From the human T2T-CHM13v2.0 reference genome, Homo sapiens, in NCBI RefSeq assembly GCF_009914755.1, contig NC_060926.1: 64,000 nucleotides of DNA. One strand, 5' to 3'. This document shows positions 61,441 through 64,000 of this stretch, piece by piece. The position numbers were made by a program, and so were the translations under genes. Under the pieces are notes generated by a model. It saw only the letters and a program-made list of their open reading frames with translations. It did not search any database and was not told where the DNA came from. Numbering within the stretch: the stretch's first letter is position 1; every line of letters starts with the position of its first letter.

Positions 61441-62941
61441 CAAGGTCTTGGGACTTTTCCTTCCCTAAAACATTTAAGGACCACTTACCAGACATGCTGG
61501 CCCATACCTGAGTGTGGAGAGAACAAGGCGTTGGTAACAGCCCGGCCTTTGGGACTCCACCACATGGAACAGAGCAGCCCCCTGGTGCAGCAGGAGGGCT
61601 GCTGGGGACATCACTGAGGAGTCACATCTTGGAGCTGGTGTAGCAGGAGGGATGCCACTGGGGGACCTCACCTCGGAGTAGGAGTGCAGCGGGCAGACTG
61701 GCTGGAGAGGTTTCGCTGGAGAGCGGTGCCCATAGAGGCATCTCAGGGCCATCCTGGCCTGCGTGAAGCAACATGACGCCCCATCCCTCCATAGAAAGGG
61801 CTGTGCCAGCAGCTCCCACTTGGCCTCTGCGTCCAGGAGTGTGAAGGGATGATTTCTCTGCCCCCTTTGAGAGCCTCCATCTTTATTACATGGGCAGAGG
61901 GCCTCCTGGGAGGAAGGTACATGTGTCCAGGGCTCCAGAGCACAAGGTCAGTTTAGGAAGTGCTGACTGCAGCCAGGTCCTCACCAGCTCTCCCACACTG
62001 GAGCTAACTTGGCAGTGCCAAGAAAGGTCCAGGAAAGTCAGGGCTGGGGACTATGGGCAGTGGCAGCCTGGGGAGCCCCGTTCCATCCCCAGCCTGGGAA
62101 GGGAGGGGAAGGTGCCCCACCTGGGACCCCCGTGGGCCTCACTGTCCAAGGTGTGCAGTGAGCGGCCCACCTGAGTGATCAGCCTGCTCAGAGAGCTTCA
62201 GGTCAAAACGCTGCCTGCCCCACAGCCCAGCTGCTTCTTCCAGTCCCGTCCTCAGACACCCATGAAGACACAAACACAGACACTTCCTATCAGGAGACGA
62301 AGATGGGCAGATGGGAACCGGAGCCTGGGAGGACCGATACTAATTACAAGGCGACAGAGCCAGATGAAACACCTAAGCACGCCTGCGAGCCGGGAGCTCC
62401 GGGAAAACCACCTCACAGAAGCCCACCAGCCCCTCTACCCTGGCATGGCTGGCATACCTGGCCAGCCACAGGGCGCCCCTCCCCACACCTCCTCCCTGCC
62501 AGCTGCTGCTCCCGGGCAGTCTGGGTGCTGGATGGTGAGTGGGTACCAGAGGGGCTGTGGGAATGGCAGAGCCTAGGAGGGGCCAGCAGGGGCAGCGTCC
62601 TCTCCAGGGGCCACCCAGAACCCCTACATGACAGGGGAGAGCCAGGGGCTCGGAGTCTCTGAGGGCAGAGCTGCAGGCTTGGGCAGGAAGCTGGGACCAT
62701 CAATCCGTTTCCCACCCGGGCCAGCATCAGGATTCAACCTCCACAGAACTGGACAAAAACCAGGTCCCGGGGCAAGCTGTTCACCCAGGGGCATCGGGGC
62801 AGGACCTCACCGGGTTTGAGGGTGAGAAAGGGGTCCAATGACCAGCACAGTGCTTCGAAAAACACCAGAAAATGCATAAACTCCCCCCAATGACTTTGCA
62901 CCAACAATTACATAAGGAAACTGTTTAAAAAGAGGGAAGAG

Positions 62942-63228
62942 AGCCAGGCATGGTGGCTCACGCCTACAGTTCCAGCACTTTGGGTGGCCGGGACGAGAAG
63001 ATTGCTAGAGCCCAGGAGTTGAAAACAGCCTGAGCAACATAGTCAGACTCCATCCCTACAAAAAATCAAAAAATTAGCTGGGCATGGTGGTACGTGCCTG
63101 TGGTCCCAGCTATTCGGGAAGCTAAGACGGGAGGATGGTTTAAGCCGGGGAGGCTGAGGCTGCGGTGAGCCATGTCTGCGTCACTGCACTCCAGCCTGGG
63201 CAGCAGAATGAGACCCTGTCTCAAAAAG
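62942..63228 (+). mobile_element. AluJ (Jo-like)
   Basis: GAGCCCAGGAGTT...GCAACATAG...GTGGTCCCAGCTA...GAGGCTGCGGTGAGCCATG...GAGACCCTGTCTC. Confidence 0.93.
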
Positions 63229-64000
63229 CAGCAGGGGTGGGGAGGAGTGACTAATCGTGGAGAAACAGATTAATAGTGGGGAAAGGTGACATGTGCTTCT
63301 TCTCTGGAAGATCAGAAAGGCTACAACTTAGCAGATGGGAATTACCAAGTTAGGAAAAGTATGCCACATGATGTGAGCCCCTTCCATCCATTCATTCCCC
63401 AAGGAGAGTCCAGCCCTGGCTCTCAAGACCCCAGAAGGCTGAAAAGCAGGGCTCCCGCTGCAGGGGCAGAGAGGGGGACCCTCTTAGGGGAGTGTGAGCC
63501 TAAGCAGCCAGCCCTGGGGAGCGGTCGGGCTTCAAGTGGGCCTAGGAGATAGGAGAAGCCATGGCCCCATCCCCATTCCCATCCCCTTGAGAAGCCCCAG
63601 GGAGGTGGGGCATTCACAGGCAGATGTCCTGGCCTCTTCTGGGGAACATGGAGATTCCCAGCCGAGCTGCCCCGCACCTGGCATGTGCCCACACCTGCCA
63701 CGTGGATGGAAAACATCACAGGTGTTCCGGGCATCAAGGGACCTTCAGGGCTTGAAGTGAGCAGACAGGCTGGAGACGGCGCCTAGGGGTGGCTGAGAGG
63801 CAAGTTTCCACACCCGGAAACTATGTTTGATTCAGGAAAGCACAGTAGACTCCTTGCCCCTGAGTTTGTCCAGTTAAACCCGTTCAGTCACACAAAGATA
63901 GAGATGATTTTATTATATTTTTAATTTTATCCTCAATAAAATTTAAAATATGCATACAATTGTGTAAAACTTCGTGATGTCATATATTTAGTTCAACTGT

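Noticed and set aside
60948-61511. 187-aa ORF
   Set aside because: Antisense reading of a degraded L1 fragment

Overview
Primate (almost certainly human) GC-rich, apparently non-coding genomic DNA with a distal/subtelomeric character. No credible protein-coding gene, RNA gene or CRISPR array is visible. The ORF track is explained by L1/Alu/Tigger remnants, tandem repeats and high GC content. The window holds old L1/HAL1 fragments, about ten Alu/FLAM/FRAM copies, many MaLR LTRs (THE1, MST, MLT1, including one LTR-internal-LTR element), an ERV1 MER52 fragment, DNA transposon MITEs (MER96, MER96B, MER33, MER30, MER44) and many minisatellites. The most notable observations are: (1) a 29 x 33-bp VNTR (39711-40667) carrying a perfect 14-bp palindrome and a methylation-dependent AP-1/ARE-type motif in nearly every unit; (2) other tandem repeats that multiply transcription-factor motifs (octamer, nuclear-receptor half-sites, ETS); (3) an ~80-bp inverted copy of a nearby L1 segment lodged at a junction between two truncated LTRs; (4) a diverged ~110-bp direct duplication; (5) several candidate enhancers or promoters. 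Repeat subfamily calls come from recalled consensus sequences, not from a database search.
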